In this document: positions 48,675-62,003 of the stretch, one piece after another
Layout: each line of letters opens with the position of its first letter
How positions within the stretch are numbered: the first letter of the stretch is position 1
Assembly (NCBI GenBank): GCA_050575255.1
Contig: JBNZDD010013567.1
Span: 342,842 to 406,841 of the forward strand
Source of the DNA: Harriotta raleighana
Lineage: Eukaryota
Direction: 5' to 3'
DNA length: 64,000 nt
Notes under the pieces: generated by a model
Database searches by the model: none
The model's input: only the letters and a program-made list of their open reading frames with translations
Told to the model about the DNA's origin: nothing
Made by a program: the position numbers and the translations under genes

Positions 48675-51600
48675 AGGTAAAATTCTGTAAAAATATGTTT
48701 TTCAGTAATTAAAAAAAATATATATTACATATTAATGTCAAAAGGACTAAATATAGCATACTTTTCACAATCCAATACCTGTGCTTTGTGTAAATACTGT
48801 ATATATGCCAAATGTTAAGTGGTTCCTATAGCACAAAGATACTGTGTGTTGGTGTTAGAGAAAGAGATTGTGAGTTTTTCATATGAGGCGCGAGCTGTGT
48901 GTTTTGACAGGCTAGATTTAATGAATGTTTAAATGCATGCATTGCTTTATCTAAATGTCATTTAAGAATTTTACCTGCAGGGAACACCGTCTGAAGTCAT
49001 TCCTCTGAGGAAAATGAACAACTTGGGTAATATTTTTTTGACCGCCTCAGCTATTAGTTGTGCAGATGATTAACAGTATTTATTGAAAGTTGATTCACAT
49101 TCCCCAAAAAGTGGATATTTCATAATTTATTCAAGATATGAATTATCTACATTCAACAGAACACTAGTAATAATAACCAGAATGTGTGCATTTAATACAA
49201 TGCATATAATGTCAAACCATCTCAAATCATTCAACAGGTGATTCATATTAAATGCAATTACTGTGTATTTGTGAACAGAGATGATGTCCCATTTGGATTC
49301 AACACATTTGGCCCCCACAAACAGCCATGAAGTGAATAACCAATTAATCCAGAGGGATTATTAGATTGCCGGTCAGGACACTGGTTCAAAGCCCCTTCTC
49401 TTTTCGAAAAGCTGTGACTCAGAGGCAAGCATACATTTGCTTGTTTAATCAAAGGCAAACAATCTTGTGAAGTCCCCGACAAGGGCAATTTATGTGAACA
49501 ATTATACTTGGTCCTGAACGTCAGAGATGTCTGCATTGCACTTTTTCGTAATTTTATATATTTTAATGTCAGCATCAAGCACTGGCCCATTATAGGGCAA
49601 ATATAGAGCAAAGCACTCTTTAGTTTACCCCCAGCAATTTTCCTTAACTGCACCCTGCACCCACATCAAACTTCTGAGATTACCAATGGGTAGCAAATTA
49701 TAGGTAGTTTTATTCTGTGTCCCACGCCCATTGCCAATTGAGCTGAGATTGCTGAAATTCAGCACCTCACTAAAGGCAGCAGTGGAAGTTCACATGTGTG
49801 CCTGGATCAGTGAGGCCTAGATTTCAGAGGTGAAGCTCATACAGTGTGCTAACCCACACTGCCTCCAGGCAATTATTCAGAGCTTTTCCCAACAATTTAA
49901 CGCAATACATAATAGATCATCACAGTAAGGTACGTAATCTTTTAATTGTTAATATCAATCTCTCTTGCCTGTCTGAAAAATGCATTTGTACTAGGGATGT
50001 GGAACATTCAACAACTGTGCTCCCAAAGTTTATTTTGTTGAAAGAAGCAACAAAAAAAAATGCATACTTTTAACCAGTCAAAAAAATCATGACTTCANGC
50101 ATACTTTTAACCAGTCCAAAAAATCGTGACTTCACCTTATGAAAAACACGAGGGTGCATTCAATTGAATGTACTTCCTAAGTTTCTATCAATAGTTTCAG
50201 TGTTCTGGCGGTCNATGCATACTTTTAACCAGTCAAAAAAATCATGACTTCACCTTATGAAAAACACGAGGGTGCATTCAGTTGAATGTACTTCCTAAGT
50301 TTCTATCAATAGTTTCAGTGTTCTGGCGGTCAAAACAACTGCTTGCAGAAGAACATATGAGTTATGCTAACTGGGATTATTTGGCAGCAACTCACGTTTT
50401 GTATGTAAAATGCTTAAATTTGTGCATTGATATTTAAAAATGTTACAGATCCAAGATTTGATTGGTGNCTGAGTTATGCTAACTGGGATTATTTGGCAGC
50501 AACTCACGTTTTGTATGTAAAATGCTTATATTTGTGCATTGATATTTAAAAATGTTACAGATCCAAGATTTGATTGGTGATGTTGAATGTATTGTACAGT
50601 AATTTGAAGTGACTTGTTTCTGCTAAAAGGAAACCTGCGTCTAGGAATTGTGACACAGTAGTTTCTAACACATCACCTTTCAAAACTCGCTTATTAAGTT
50701 AAACTAAATTCATCTTTGAGGCTGTTAGCATAAGGAAGAAGTTTAGTTCACAAACTCACTTTCATGCCAAGTATCTGGGAGTTCTGAGTTGTAGGAAGGG
50801 CATAAATTTTGGCATTGTTTTTCACTCTTCCCTACTAACCTTCAGATAAGACCACCTTTTCTTAGAGATCTGTCGGTTTTGGGTGTGACTGAGGGTCGCT
50901 CCAAACGGAAAATCAGAAATTGGGAGCATCGAGATAGATATTGATCTAAAAAAAATTCCGACCTCATCTCTGAGATTAAGGAAGTAAGTACTGGTTGGGT
51001 ACACATCATAATGTGAAGCAGTGCACTGCAAGAGTGAGCGAAGGATCTCTTCATTGGGATGCATGATTTGCAGTCATTTGAAGTATTTTGACATTTGGAA
51101 ATCAACATTTCAAATTTGATTCATAAATTTATTTTATTCACAATAGACAGAATTTTTAAAAAGTTGTATAATTTTACTTTCTTCTCTTGAGGGCAAATCA
51201 CAAAGAATGTATTTACATCAGCCTACAAGTCAAGCACTTTATCATGAGGTTACCAATAATTATTTTAGCATTCCTTCAGTCTTTGATTTCACGCCATACA
51301 CACCAACACTTTTGTAATCAATTAAGATTAAAGACATACCTGGGCACTACATACACAAGCACTTTGAGATGTCGCTCTGGGTGGAGGGAGTCATGTCAAT
51401 GCAAGTTGTTGCTGTCGTTGTGTTATTAAAACATAAATCTATGCAGCTGTAAGTCTGTGCCAGATCAATGAAGCGAATACGAGTGAGAACAAATCATTTT
51501 GTGAATCGAATGGTGATTATTGAGGAAAAAAATTAGCACTGGTACGAATAAACAAAAAATATAACTACGAAAACAGCAGTAGATCATGCAGTAATAAGCC

Positions 51601-51779
51601 TTTTTAACCACTGAATTATATAAACAAATACATCAGATGAAATTTACAAGCTAACACAAACTGGAGGCAAAGTTCTTTATAAGGCTAGTGTGGCAACCAG
51701 AGAACATTTGGTCCTGAAACAGGCAGGAAACTAAATAAATCTAAGGTGTTAAAGTACCATATTGTTTTGTAAATTGCAG

Positions 51780-53700
51780 CTGCGTATGTTTTATGAGGCA
51801 CATTTTCGGTTTAAAAGGGATGTTGGCTGAAACTCCAAAGAAATCAGCAATAATCTGTGATGGTGGAAATATCTTTTAATATTTCCTGACATTAGCTGTG
51901 CACGTTGAACTGGTTTAAATGGGTGGGGACTTCTGACCCCATCTGCTGTTTGAACCAAGGAAATGTAATGTGTGGGATTAAATCGAGCTTTATGGGGATG
52001 GATAGATTTTCTACAGTTTCATGTCATTATATTTGGTAGTTATATATAAATTGTACAGATCTTTATCCCCTTTTTAGTATTATAGTGGACTGATTAGAAG
52101 TTTGCATTTGTCCTTATCTGCTTCCAATTGCTTGTCTTGGCCTATGAAAAGCTATATGCAAGTGTGTGTGTGTGTGTATAAGATAACTAATGGCACATGC
52201 TGCTTGATGGTTTAATATTAAGGATGGGTCTAGCTTGTTTAAAAACATTTAAAAATGTTCCTTGCATGTTCTTCAATAAGAGCCATAATAGTTTTTGGGG
52301 CCGTATCTCAGTGCTGACATCATTGATTTGCAGCACTGCACAGAAACTGCCTAAATTCAATCTCTGTCCTCATGAAAGTACTTCCTTAATGTAATTCTGA
52401 TAGGTATTCACTAGCATATTTGTTTCAGGGTTGGATTTAACGTGTTATTGTTTTTTGTATTGATTTGATGTGTTGTTTGTGGTTTTATATTTTTTCCCCA
52501 TAATTTTGCATAAACCAAAGGATTCCAATAATAACAATAGCAAAATTACATTTATAGATGTATTATTTCATGCACCTTTCCTTAATAAATATAATTAAGG
52601 AATTTATAAAGAGTGGGGAAAACAAATGCGGGAAATGTAAATGCACATAGAATTGGATGTTCAGAATTACATTATAATGATACATGGTGACAATCCTTTC
52701 ACATTGCACATCACAAAGCATGTGGTTAAATGTCGTTAAGGTTTCATAAATTATGAGGTGGAAATTCCAACTTGCTCAGATTTATTGTGTTTACTTATCA
52801 TTTCAGAGTTTGCTGGATTTGGCAAATTTTCAAATGCAACTGTTATTTGAAAGTCAATTTTCTATTTCAGAACCATAGAAAAAATTGACTTCAGAATTAG
52901 TTGAGAATTCAACAAGTTGCCAAACTTCAGACAAATCAATAGAAATACACATCCATGTAGAATTTCTCCCTATATATTTGCACAAATAAGCACAAGGGAA
53001 GATAGCCAGGAATAGCATGATATGTTTCACTTCAATTAGCAGATGGTGCTTTTTCATCCAATTTGCGTCGATGGAGGATTCCTCAGATATTAACTGAACC
53101 AAGTTTGAGTGTTCAATACGTTTGCTAATCTGAAGAATTTTAACACCAACCCAACAATTAGCCATCAAGGATCGTTTGTTGCCAGCGGTAGGANGAGCCT
53201 GGCTAGAATTTGCTTGCTATAAAAACCCTGGCTTGTGAATGAACAGATGGTGATCAATTCATCGCCACACAAGTACAGTATTGCATAAAGTTATGGTCGG
53301 AAGCCCTGACTAAAATGAATCGTTCTTCAATTCTATGAATTCGAGACACTTATCAAAGATGGAAACTTGGGGACAAGAATTATGTTGCTTCTNTTTGCTT
53401 GCTATAAAAACCCTGGCTTGTGAATGAACAGGTGGTGATCAATTCATCGCCACACAAGTACAGTATTGCATAAAGTTATGGTCGGAAGCCCTGACTAAAA
53501 TGAATCGTTCTTCAATTCTATGAATTTGAGACACTTATCAAAGATGGAAACTTGGGGACAAGAATTATGTTGCTTCTTTTCATTCAGAGTTAGAAGAAGA
53601 ATGTGACTCTTTGACCCACTGTACTTGACCTTGAGTTGCGTAGTGTTGTGTAAGTGTTTCCAGTGGAAAGGCAATTAGAGCTTTTGCTTTGCTAAAGAAC
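51780..53700 (+). pseudogene. Decayed Mononegavirales L (RNA-dependent RNA polymerase) core, EVE
   Basis: In L order: LCTLNWFKWVG (cf. QCVDNWKSFAG), motif A-like TSLIC...LPKFNLCPHESTSL (cf. DLSKFN...RYES), motif C AHRIG/RIT/MIHGDN..TLHITKHV (GDN at 52686-52694; cf. MVQGDNQxIAVTxRV), PICVDGGFLRY (cf. PAPIGGFNY), WLEFA, QELCCFF. Confidence 0.6.
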
Positions 53701-54547
53701 AGCTAACATTTTCTGCCCTTTTATCAAATGATTAACTCTCTTGGCAATCCAAGTGATTTGTTTAAAATTGAGGTTAAGCCGTGCCATTTGTAAGCACAGT
53801 TGTAAAGATTAGTTATAGGGATAATCCAATTGCAGCTTCAATGTCAGTTTGAAACATCCAGCATTTTCAGTCCAATCCCAGATAAAGACCCAAATTCCTA
53901 CTAATAATGCAAAAATCAAAGGCAACAACGTTAAACCTAATCACTAGTAAGTTCAACCAGGGCGTAATGTGACTTATAACTAGTAGCACTACATAGACAG
54001 TAATTCTGCCAGTTAATGTAAAAAGAGAAGTTAGAGCCTTAATCCTAATGGGATATAAGTAAAGTGTCTTTGTGGTTTTATTGGAAACATAGCACCCACT
54101 GATGCTAAGATAATAACAGTCCCAATTTCTGTGGTTGGTTACTGTTGCAGTGACTCAGTCCTGCCTCTTAAAACCACACTGAATATTTATTCAGTTAAAA
54201 TGTTCTGGGGGGTCACAATATGCTTTGGGTAGACATCCTATTCCTTGAATCTTTAACTGATAGATTTGCTGACTTTCTCACAGTGCTGATGTCTGTGTAT
54301 TATTTATTGGTAAATTTATATGTCTGATTACAATAGTTCATACAACTGTCGTTTTTAGTAAAAGCTGACCAGATCATTTTAATCGCTTAGAATACTTGTC
54401 AGATTCAAAGCACTCCGAGTGTGAAGGGCACTATGTAAATGCAAGTTATTGTTGTTATTGTGTTTTAGGACAGAGATAAGTTCTTCACTGACCTGGCTCA
54501 GGCAAATAATTTGAAAATAATTTGGTGGTTCTTTCAGATTAGCAGTA

Positions 54548-55638
54548 CAGTTAACCCTCGTCGAAGGCGACTTTATCGATTGCGAATTCAAGAATATGCG
54601 ACGAAACAAAAGCATCACTTTTTTGTGCAGCGTGTGTAAAACTTGTGTGTACGTGCTGGCTGACCCCTGCGCACATGCGCACAGGTGAAGACGCCGATAG
54701 CTCCCGACTAAATCCGATGATTCCTTGGCTGGCTGGTCCCGCTCGGATGCACATTTTTAACGAGGCCGGCAGATCCTGACTAAAGCCAATGATTCCTTGG
54801 CTGGCTGGCCCTGCGCGCAATGCATTCCTGGATAAATATAATAATGTTTCGGCCTCGGAGAATCTTATTGGATTGCATGGTAGACAGAAGAGACAGAGAG
54901 ACAGGATCGTACAGTAATGTAGCCTAATCTACCCTATTGTTTTATTGCTTTTTTTAATTGCTTTACTGCTTTGTTATCACTTTATTATAGCAATAAAGCA
55001 ATAACAAAGCCTCTGTAACCTTTCTGCATCTCCCGTCCCAACCACCTGCGCCTTTCTGTCCCCCCGCGCGTCCCCGAGCAGTTCTCTGCCCCCATGTCCG
55101 CGAGTCCCCCGCTCTCCCCGAGTCCCCCCCACACCCGATCTACTCTCTGCCCCCCACCTCTCCGAGTCCCCCCCGCCTCTGATCGACTCGCTGCCCCCCA
55201 ACTCCCCGAGTCCCCCCCCCCACCTCCGATTGACTCTCTGCTCCCCACCTCCAAGAGTCCCCCCTGCCTCCGAATGCCTCTCTGTACCCTTCCTCCCCCA
55301 CCCGCCCGCTGCTCTCCCCGATTTCTCTCTGCCTTCCTCCCGGGCTGCCCTGATTTGTCCACTTCCTGGGTGGCAGGAGAGACAAGAGCAGGAAGAGTGG
55401 AGGGTGGGGAGCAACAAGAGCGGGGAGAGGTGGGCAAAGCGAGGAGCGGGCCAGCCAGCTGTAGCTTGCCTCAGTAGATACCTTGCATCGGATGTGCTTG
55501 GAGGCTTGAGGTGGGTAGCCTACGACTGGATTTCCCTAACCCCCCTTTTCCCATTACTTCTTAAGCTTCTCCAACGCAATTTTGTTGAGTCCGCAATTTT
55601 CCAGGAACATAACCCCTACGATCGACAAGGGTTAATTG
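54548..55638. mobile_element. Tigger/pogo-like non-autonomous DNA transposon with CpG- and C-rich interior
   Basis: TA|cagttaaccctcgtcga ... tcgacaagggttaattg (17-bp TIR, 2 mismatches); internal repeat atgattccttggctggctgg twice; no transposase ORF. Confidence 0.8.
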
Positions 55639-56782
55639 CTGTCAAGTGAGCAAGTTCGTATAATTGTGGACAGTTTTAGACAACTAACTTTCACAAATAT
55701 GTTGAAGAGCATAGAGAACATGAGCCAGGAACTTGGCTGCAGTTTTGAAGAGAGACTTACATGATTCATCTCTTCCAAATGAGAAGAGATTATATGGATA
55801 TAAGAAGGCTGTTTGACATAGACTGCTGAACTAGACTGTTTGACCTGGAGTAGAATTAGCAAAAGAATTCAATGCTGTGTCTCATATAAAAAGTAAATGA
55901 AGTATCTGCTCTTGGAATGGTGTTGGAAGATGTAGCAATAAATGAAATTTGGATACTCTAGCATGGTGATGGGTTTCCGCATGTGTCAGACACCAGGCTG
56001 ACCAAAAAAAAATATTCCACAGCAAGCAAATGTTAGGGGGTTATTATGTTTAAGGGGTATTGTCTGTGAGGGTTTGGAGACTTAATATTGAATGGATGAG
56101 TATTTTAATGTATTGATTAGTTACCTTGTGAGGATCTTGAGAATTGGTAGTGCAGTATTTGCATTGAAGTTCCCTGCTTGTATTACTTGGCTTTATTGCT
56201 GTTGCTGTTAGTTTTCTTTCATCTTTGCTACTGCTGTGAATACTGATCAGATTGAAGAAAACAAATTATGGAGTTTTATGGAGTCAGCAAGTGAGTTTTA
56301 ATCTGGTTATGATGCTGTTGACTTCAAGATGCCTGAGTAACTTTGTGGTAAGATATATTTGTGAATTGGGCTGGGAAGGAATGTTTGTGGATTGGGAAAA
56401 GAAGGAATACTTGTGGATTGTAACGGGATGAACTTTTTATTATTTTTTTAGAAGTACAGGCACACATTGTTTCCAGATAAATAAAAATCTGCTTATTATT
56501 TTTGGCTTGGTTAAGCAGTGTGGTGCTTGGCTTTAATTTTAAATGTTCCATGTGTCTCCGTTCCAAGATTAATGGCTATGAGATATAAACCCTTCCTCAC
56601 TTTAGAAACTTAATAACTACAGTAGTATGTAATCATATTGCAAAATACTCTTTGCTGCATTTATACAGATGCAGTATTTTATGCATTTTGTACTATCGTG
56701 GTATTTTAATTGAACCTGTTTCTAATTGCTTTATTCCTCCTCTTGCTGTGGTTTATGTTGTGAGTGATATTACAATTAAAAG

Positions 56783-57015
56783 TAACAACAACAACAAACA
56801 GCAAAATCACACTTGTATAGCGCCTTTCATGTCAGGAGGACGTCCCAAGGTGCTGGACAGTCATTGTTTCAAACCCTTGCTGGGGATAGAGAGGGTGTAG
56901 GGAAAGGGGGGGATTTGGAATGACCGATGGGACCGTCTAAGAGGATGGTCTTGAGGTGGGACTTGATGAAGGCCAGGGAGGGGCGGGAATGAGGTGGCGG
57001 GAATGAGGGATGGAG
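56783..57015 (-). mobile_element. L2 LINE 3' end
   Basis: (aac)n...cttgtatagcgcctttcatgtcaggaggacgtcccaaggtgct...ggtcttgaggtgggacttgatg. Confidence 0.8.
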
Positions 57016-60000
57016 TTTATCTTTACCTTCAATTGGCTGAGATTTTAAGGATGTTTTTGGTGCAGAAAGGATTTGACAAGAGTGATCTTCATTGGCCCTT
57101 GCTATGTATGGCAACTAATTGGATTGTTTCTGGTTAATCGTACAACCATTGCCATTTCTGTCATTGATCATAGTTTCAATGTTCCCCTTCTCGAACAGTG
57201 GGGGATTTTTTTTTAATCCAATAGATACCACACTGCTTGAGAACTGCTGCAAATTTAATGCACTACATGTATTTCCATCACTCTTTATCCATAATAGAAA
57301 AGATGATAACATGCAATTACTTTCTGTACATCTTGACTGGTGTAATCACTGGGTCATCTCCATCACACTTATAGAATCATTTTGTTTTGATGGGTCAATA
57401 GGAAATTAGTGATCTAGTGCATATCACCAAACATGATGCTATTTTTACTAATGAACTCCCAATCTGACAGAAAAGAAGCCTGATCACGAAAGGCAGATAG
57501 AGGAAGAACAGGACCGTATACAGTAACCATTGAAGAACAATTGCTTTCCCATTTCTTCAGTGTGAGGAAGCTGAGTGCAGTACAGTAATTGGATACACAA
57601 ATTAACCTGACGTGCTTTGATTATTGCATTTCAGCTATATTTTAATTCATCCCCTTCAATTGGTCAGGCATACTGATGTAGTATAACAGCTCCAAACAAT
57701 CAGTACTTATCAGTTAACTACTTCCAGAAACACATTTGTAAAGTATTGCATGCCAAACCTCACATTGCTCTTGGCAACTAATATGGAAAATTAGTTCTTA
57801 TAGTTAATACCTTTACCATTCATCAAATGCTGAATTAATTTTCTTTTTTGTATCATAAACAAAATATAAAATTGTCACCATTAGGAATATTTCCAGTAAT
57901 GTTGTTTACTTACAGTACATAAAGTTTAAATCTTTTCTTGTCAACTTTGCTCTTTTTCTTTCAGGCAGAATAAACAGGACAAGAACAATACCAAATTTCT
58001 AACTTGCACTCAAGACCGAGTTGAGTGTAGCTGAAATACACTCTAATAAGTCTGATATTTTGCATACGTCTGATCTGTGTAAATCATAGAATCGCCTATG
58101 GCGAACATCTGCCCAAGTCCTGTTCAAGAGTTTATATTCTATGCAAGTTTGACATAACTCATACGTTGCCTAAGTAATATTAAATATGTAGTCTCAACTG
58201 ATACGATTTATGTGAGGTCTACTGTATATCCAATGGTTTATGAAAAAATATAACAGGGTTCTCTACCTATCTTTGTGCACAATGATTGGATTGAACAAAT
58301 AACACACAAGCAACAGTTGCAAAATGTTATTTTACTGTTCTATTGACTACTTGTGTGAGTATCATAAGCAAAGGAACTACAACAGATCTTCCATTTGATC
58401 TGATGAGATATGCATTTCATTATTCATGTTTGTGTGAAAACTACAAATAGTAAGAAGTGATTGTGTTGGTTTCGAAACAACTAGATGAAGCACAATCAAA
58501 CAATCAGTTAAACAACCAAACACAACAGATCTAGGGATGGGAAATGCTGAATAAGCCTACTTTCAAGTTGACTACCTTACATGAAATTGGCCTTTGGGAA
58601 TGACTTGTTATTTTAATAATATCCTATTTGCACTGATTCACATGGGGTAAACAACAAGAAAGTTTGACAGGAATGTAATTTCAACAGTGTTCCGTTGTCC
58701 ACTGTGGAATCAATCAGCTGGAGGCCCATTATTTGCGATGACTTCTTTTGGCATTAATCAGAACCAAGCAATGTGTAAACACTCTGTGTATTTTTAGGGC
58801 TTTTGCAATGGCTGATGCATCAAACCATTGAGCAGCAAGTTAAGCACCCGTGAACTGCCATGCCTGCACATTTTAAATGTTTTAAGTTTACTAGCGAGTC
58901 AAAATATTTGAGGTGGCGGTCGTGTGACGATGCATGCAAATGTGGAACAGGCATGTGCCAGTTGTTTAGAGGTTATTTTACACAAGTGGAAATTAATTCT
59001 CTCTTATTCCCCCACCTTCCTATCCATACACCTATTGCCTTTTTTGCAGCTATTTTCCAATGCACTAACAGCAACCCTTCACGATTCATCAGCATCATTA
59101 GATCACACCTGTCCTCTCAGGGCTTAGTTGTGGCAAAACCATTGGGCAAGTCTGAGTTAGTTTCCCATATTTTATCTCTTATTCTAATACGGGTTGACTT
59201 TTCAGAATTCTTGAGCTGTATGCCTGTGGCAGATAGCCAATTTGAATTTGAAACTTAAAAATCATACCCTTCTATCAGGAGTATAGTCAGTGCAAATGCT
59301 GGCTAATTGATTTTGACATCAGCCGGAACAAAATGAAGCCGGTCTTTTAAAAGAATACTAATCCTTATATTTGATATGCCTCTTTCACATCAAGAGGACG
59401 TCTCAAAGCACTTGATAGTATATACTGTAAAGTGAAGTGACTTGGTATTTTGCAGGCCAAAGCAGCAACCAACTTGCATTCATAATAAGCCTGGAGTGTG
59501 TGAAGGTTCCTGAGAACATTGAAAGGGTAAAGTTACAAATATGACAATCTTGATATTTTGCATGCTGACCATAAAACATTTCAACATTATAAAAGCCAAC
59601 CACTTGAAACAAAACACTCACCACATTGCTGAGAAAGGTTTTGAGCCACATGTTTACCTGGGGAGAAGTGGAGTAGATGTAAATTGGGAAAGGAGTTTAA
59701 TTGGAGCCTGTCTGTCTGTTCGGCAGAAGCAGATAGAAAGAAGAGGTTCAGTAATATTTAAAATGAATCCTCCGCCAGGTCACAAGTGAGTAACAAGAAG
59801 CTGCTGAAAAACTTGCACAGCCTGTTTCTTGAATTGTTTCATTTGATGTTACCCTCAAACCCACAGAAATATGGAAATAATCTATATAGACCAGGAAATC
59901 AAATGGTTAAGCTACTCCCCAAAAATGTGGCATACACACCAGCGTAAAACAATTGAGATCAAAAAAAAGACGGCAGCACCTTGCGGATTATCATCAAATT

Positions 60001-60134
60001 ACTACGACATAGGTTAAATGACTTGACAATAATCAAACCTAATGCTTTTTTATTTGAACAAGTTTTGTTTAAACTTGCCTGATTTGTTCTTAACTTATCC
60101 ATCATCTCAACTTGGCATTCACTTACGACTTCTC

Positions 60135-60285
60135 CTCCAGCCCTTGCACTGTCACATGAGGCGTTCGTCACGATTCTGTCCTCATTAATATTTGCATGGT
60201 CACATTTGGCGGTGTCATCCGCTGTCATCTGATCAATTTCCACATGTATGCAGATGATACCCAACTTTGTCTCTTTGCCTCCAGC
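60135..60285 (+). mobile_element. L2-clade reverse transcriptase fragment
   Basis: CTVT*GVRHDSVL...GGVIRCHLINFHMYADDTQL matches the GVPQGSVL and YADD motifs of L2 RT. Confidence 0.8.
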
Positions 60286-60634
60286 GTCCCAACATGAAAG
60301 GAGCTAAATAAATACTATTTGTTGTATTTGTTTCCCAGCAAATGTGTGTGTTTTGCTCAACTTCACATATTTTGGAAGACAGTTCTATTCAGAGAAAACA
60401 ACAGAAATGATCCAGCTGGACGTGGCTTTCAGACCTGGCAGAATATCCACTACATTTACATACAGATGCATTTCCTCCCCAACCTCTGCTATCTGCTTTG
60501 ATGTGCTGAGTGTGCCCAAATGATTTGATCGTATGATCTTGGCAATCTGACTGCCTACACTTAGCTCAGTGAAATATTGATGATTCATATTCAAAAGAAG
60601 GATTGGAACAGGAATGAATGCTTTATTTATTCCT

Positions 60635-60924
60635 GGAGTCCCATAGCTCAGCGGGTAGAGCGTTTGTCTCTCAAGTGAGTGACCTGAGTTCAATTCCCAG
60701 ACCAGGGCAAAACCATGGGCAAATTTCCTTACTCCTCATGCCTGAAAATAATCCTTCAAGAAAAAAAAGCCGACTGTTTGTGGTGCCCTGCTGTGCACAA
60801 TTAGCTGCTGTGTTTCACCCAGAAATATACAGTTAATTCACTTTACAGTATAATCTGTGAAGCACTTTGAGACTTCCAAAAAACGTGAAAAGCTCTGTAT
60901 CAAATGCAAGCATTATTATTATTA
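60635..60924 (+). mobile_element. Full-length tRNA-derived SINE
   Basis: ggagtcccatagctcagcgggtagagcg...gagttcaattccc (A/B boxes), body and tail. Confidence 0.9.
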
Positions 60925-61104
60925 GCGCTCAGAGACAGTGAATGATGTAGAATTTTGGTTCGCAAGCTTTAGGAAGTGATGTGACACTTGTTATTCTACA
61001 GGTGAGAGTGTTGTGTGCAGTTCTGAGCAGCCCATTATAGAAAGTACACCAGAGCTTTGCACAGGAAGGGTATAGCACAGGTTTAAATGGGTATCATGGA
61101 ATTA

Positions 61105-61385
61105 TTATTATACAGTACAGCACAGAAGGAGGCCATTCAGCCCATTGTGTCTGTGCTGCCTCTCTGAAAAGACCTGTCCAAATCAATGGACACTCCTACG
61201 CTCTCCCCATAGTCCTGCAAACGTGTCTTCCACAAATAACTATCTACTTCACTCTTAAAAGTTGTTATCAAATTGACTTACACCACCCTTTCAGCTGCAT
61301 CAAAACATTTCTCCTCACCTCCCCTCTGTTTCTTTTAATGCCTATTTAAAATAGGTGTCCTCAGGTTACTGACCCACTCGCCAAT
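61105..61385 (-). mobile_element. CR1 LINE 3' end
   Basis: gtacagcacagaaggaggccattcagcccattgtgtctgtgc; homologous to 40010. Confidence 0.8.
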
Positions 61386-61737
61386 AATTCCATGGTTTCT
61401 GTTTATGAGAAGCTAGCCATTGTGGTCCACATTTTTGTTCTACTCTCATGATTAGTTATTTTTTATCATGGAAAAGTGGATCAGTTCTATGGCTCAAATA
61501 TCATTACTTATACGTGTGCCAAAACAGTGCTGCATAAGGCACTGGAAAATAACAAAGATAATTGAAGTTAAATGTACAGGTCTGCATTCCACACAGAATT
61601 CACATTAAAAAATCTGATTTATAACTCCTTGATAGATCCAAATTCATTCAAGCCTAACCATAGTGGCCATTATTTTGGTAAGCAAAGCTTGAAGAGGGTA
61701 ATAATCCCTCAAAAGAATAATACTTAATTTGGAGTCT

Positions 61738-62003
61738 CAATCCACAACTGTTTATAAGATGCTGTTAGGCACTATAGGCAGTCGCATTTTGCCTTCAAAA
61801 TATACAATCAATTCACTTTACAGTATATTCTGTGAAGCGCTGTGAGACGTCTCAAAGATATGACAAGGCACTATATCAAATGCATGATTTATTATTGAGG
61901 GGAGAGAGGGCAGTTATTGCTTCATGTACAGTTAATAGTCAGCGCCTTGGGATGTCCTCCCGACATGAAAGGCGCTCTTTAATTGTAATCTTGTTGTTCG
62001 GTG
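61738..62003 (+). mobile_element. SINE 3' part followed by an L2 tail
   Basis: attcactttacagtatattctgtgaagcgct... then gcgccttgggatgtcctcccgacatgaaaggcgct. Confidence 0.8.

Noticed and set aside
50060-50580. Apparent tandem repeat or CRISPR-like array
   Set aside because: The repeats are N-joined near-identical overlaps with no repeat-spacer structure, in a eukaryotic context.
54977-55649. Several overlapping Gly- or Pro-rich ORFs
   Set aside because: They arise from C-rich low-complexity sequence inside a MITE and are open on both strands.
58860-59258. 132-aa ORF
   Set aside because: No recognisable family; either strand could be a decayed relic, but the evidence is insufficient.
60635-60705. 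tRNA-like sequences (also near 6143, 18480, 43340, 47781)
   Set aside because: These are SINE heads continuing into SINE bodies, with no complete acceptor stem.
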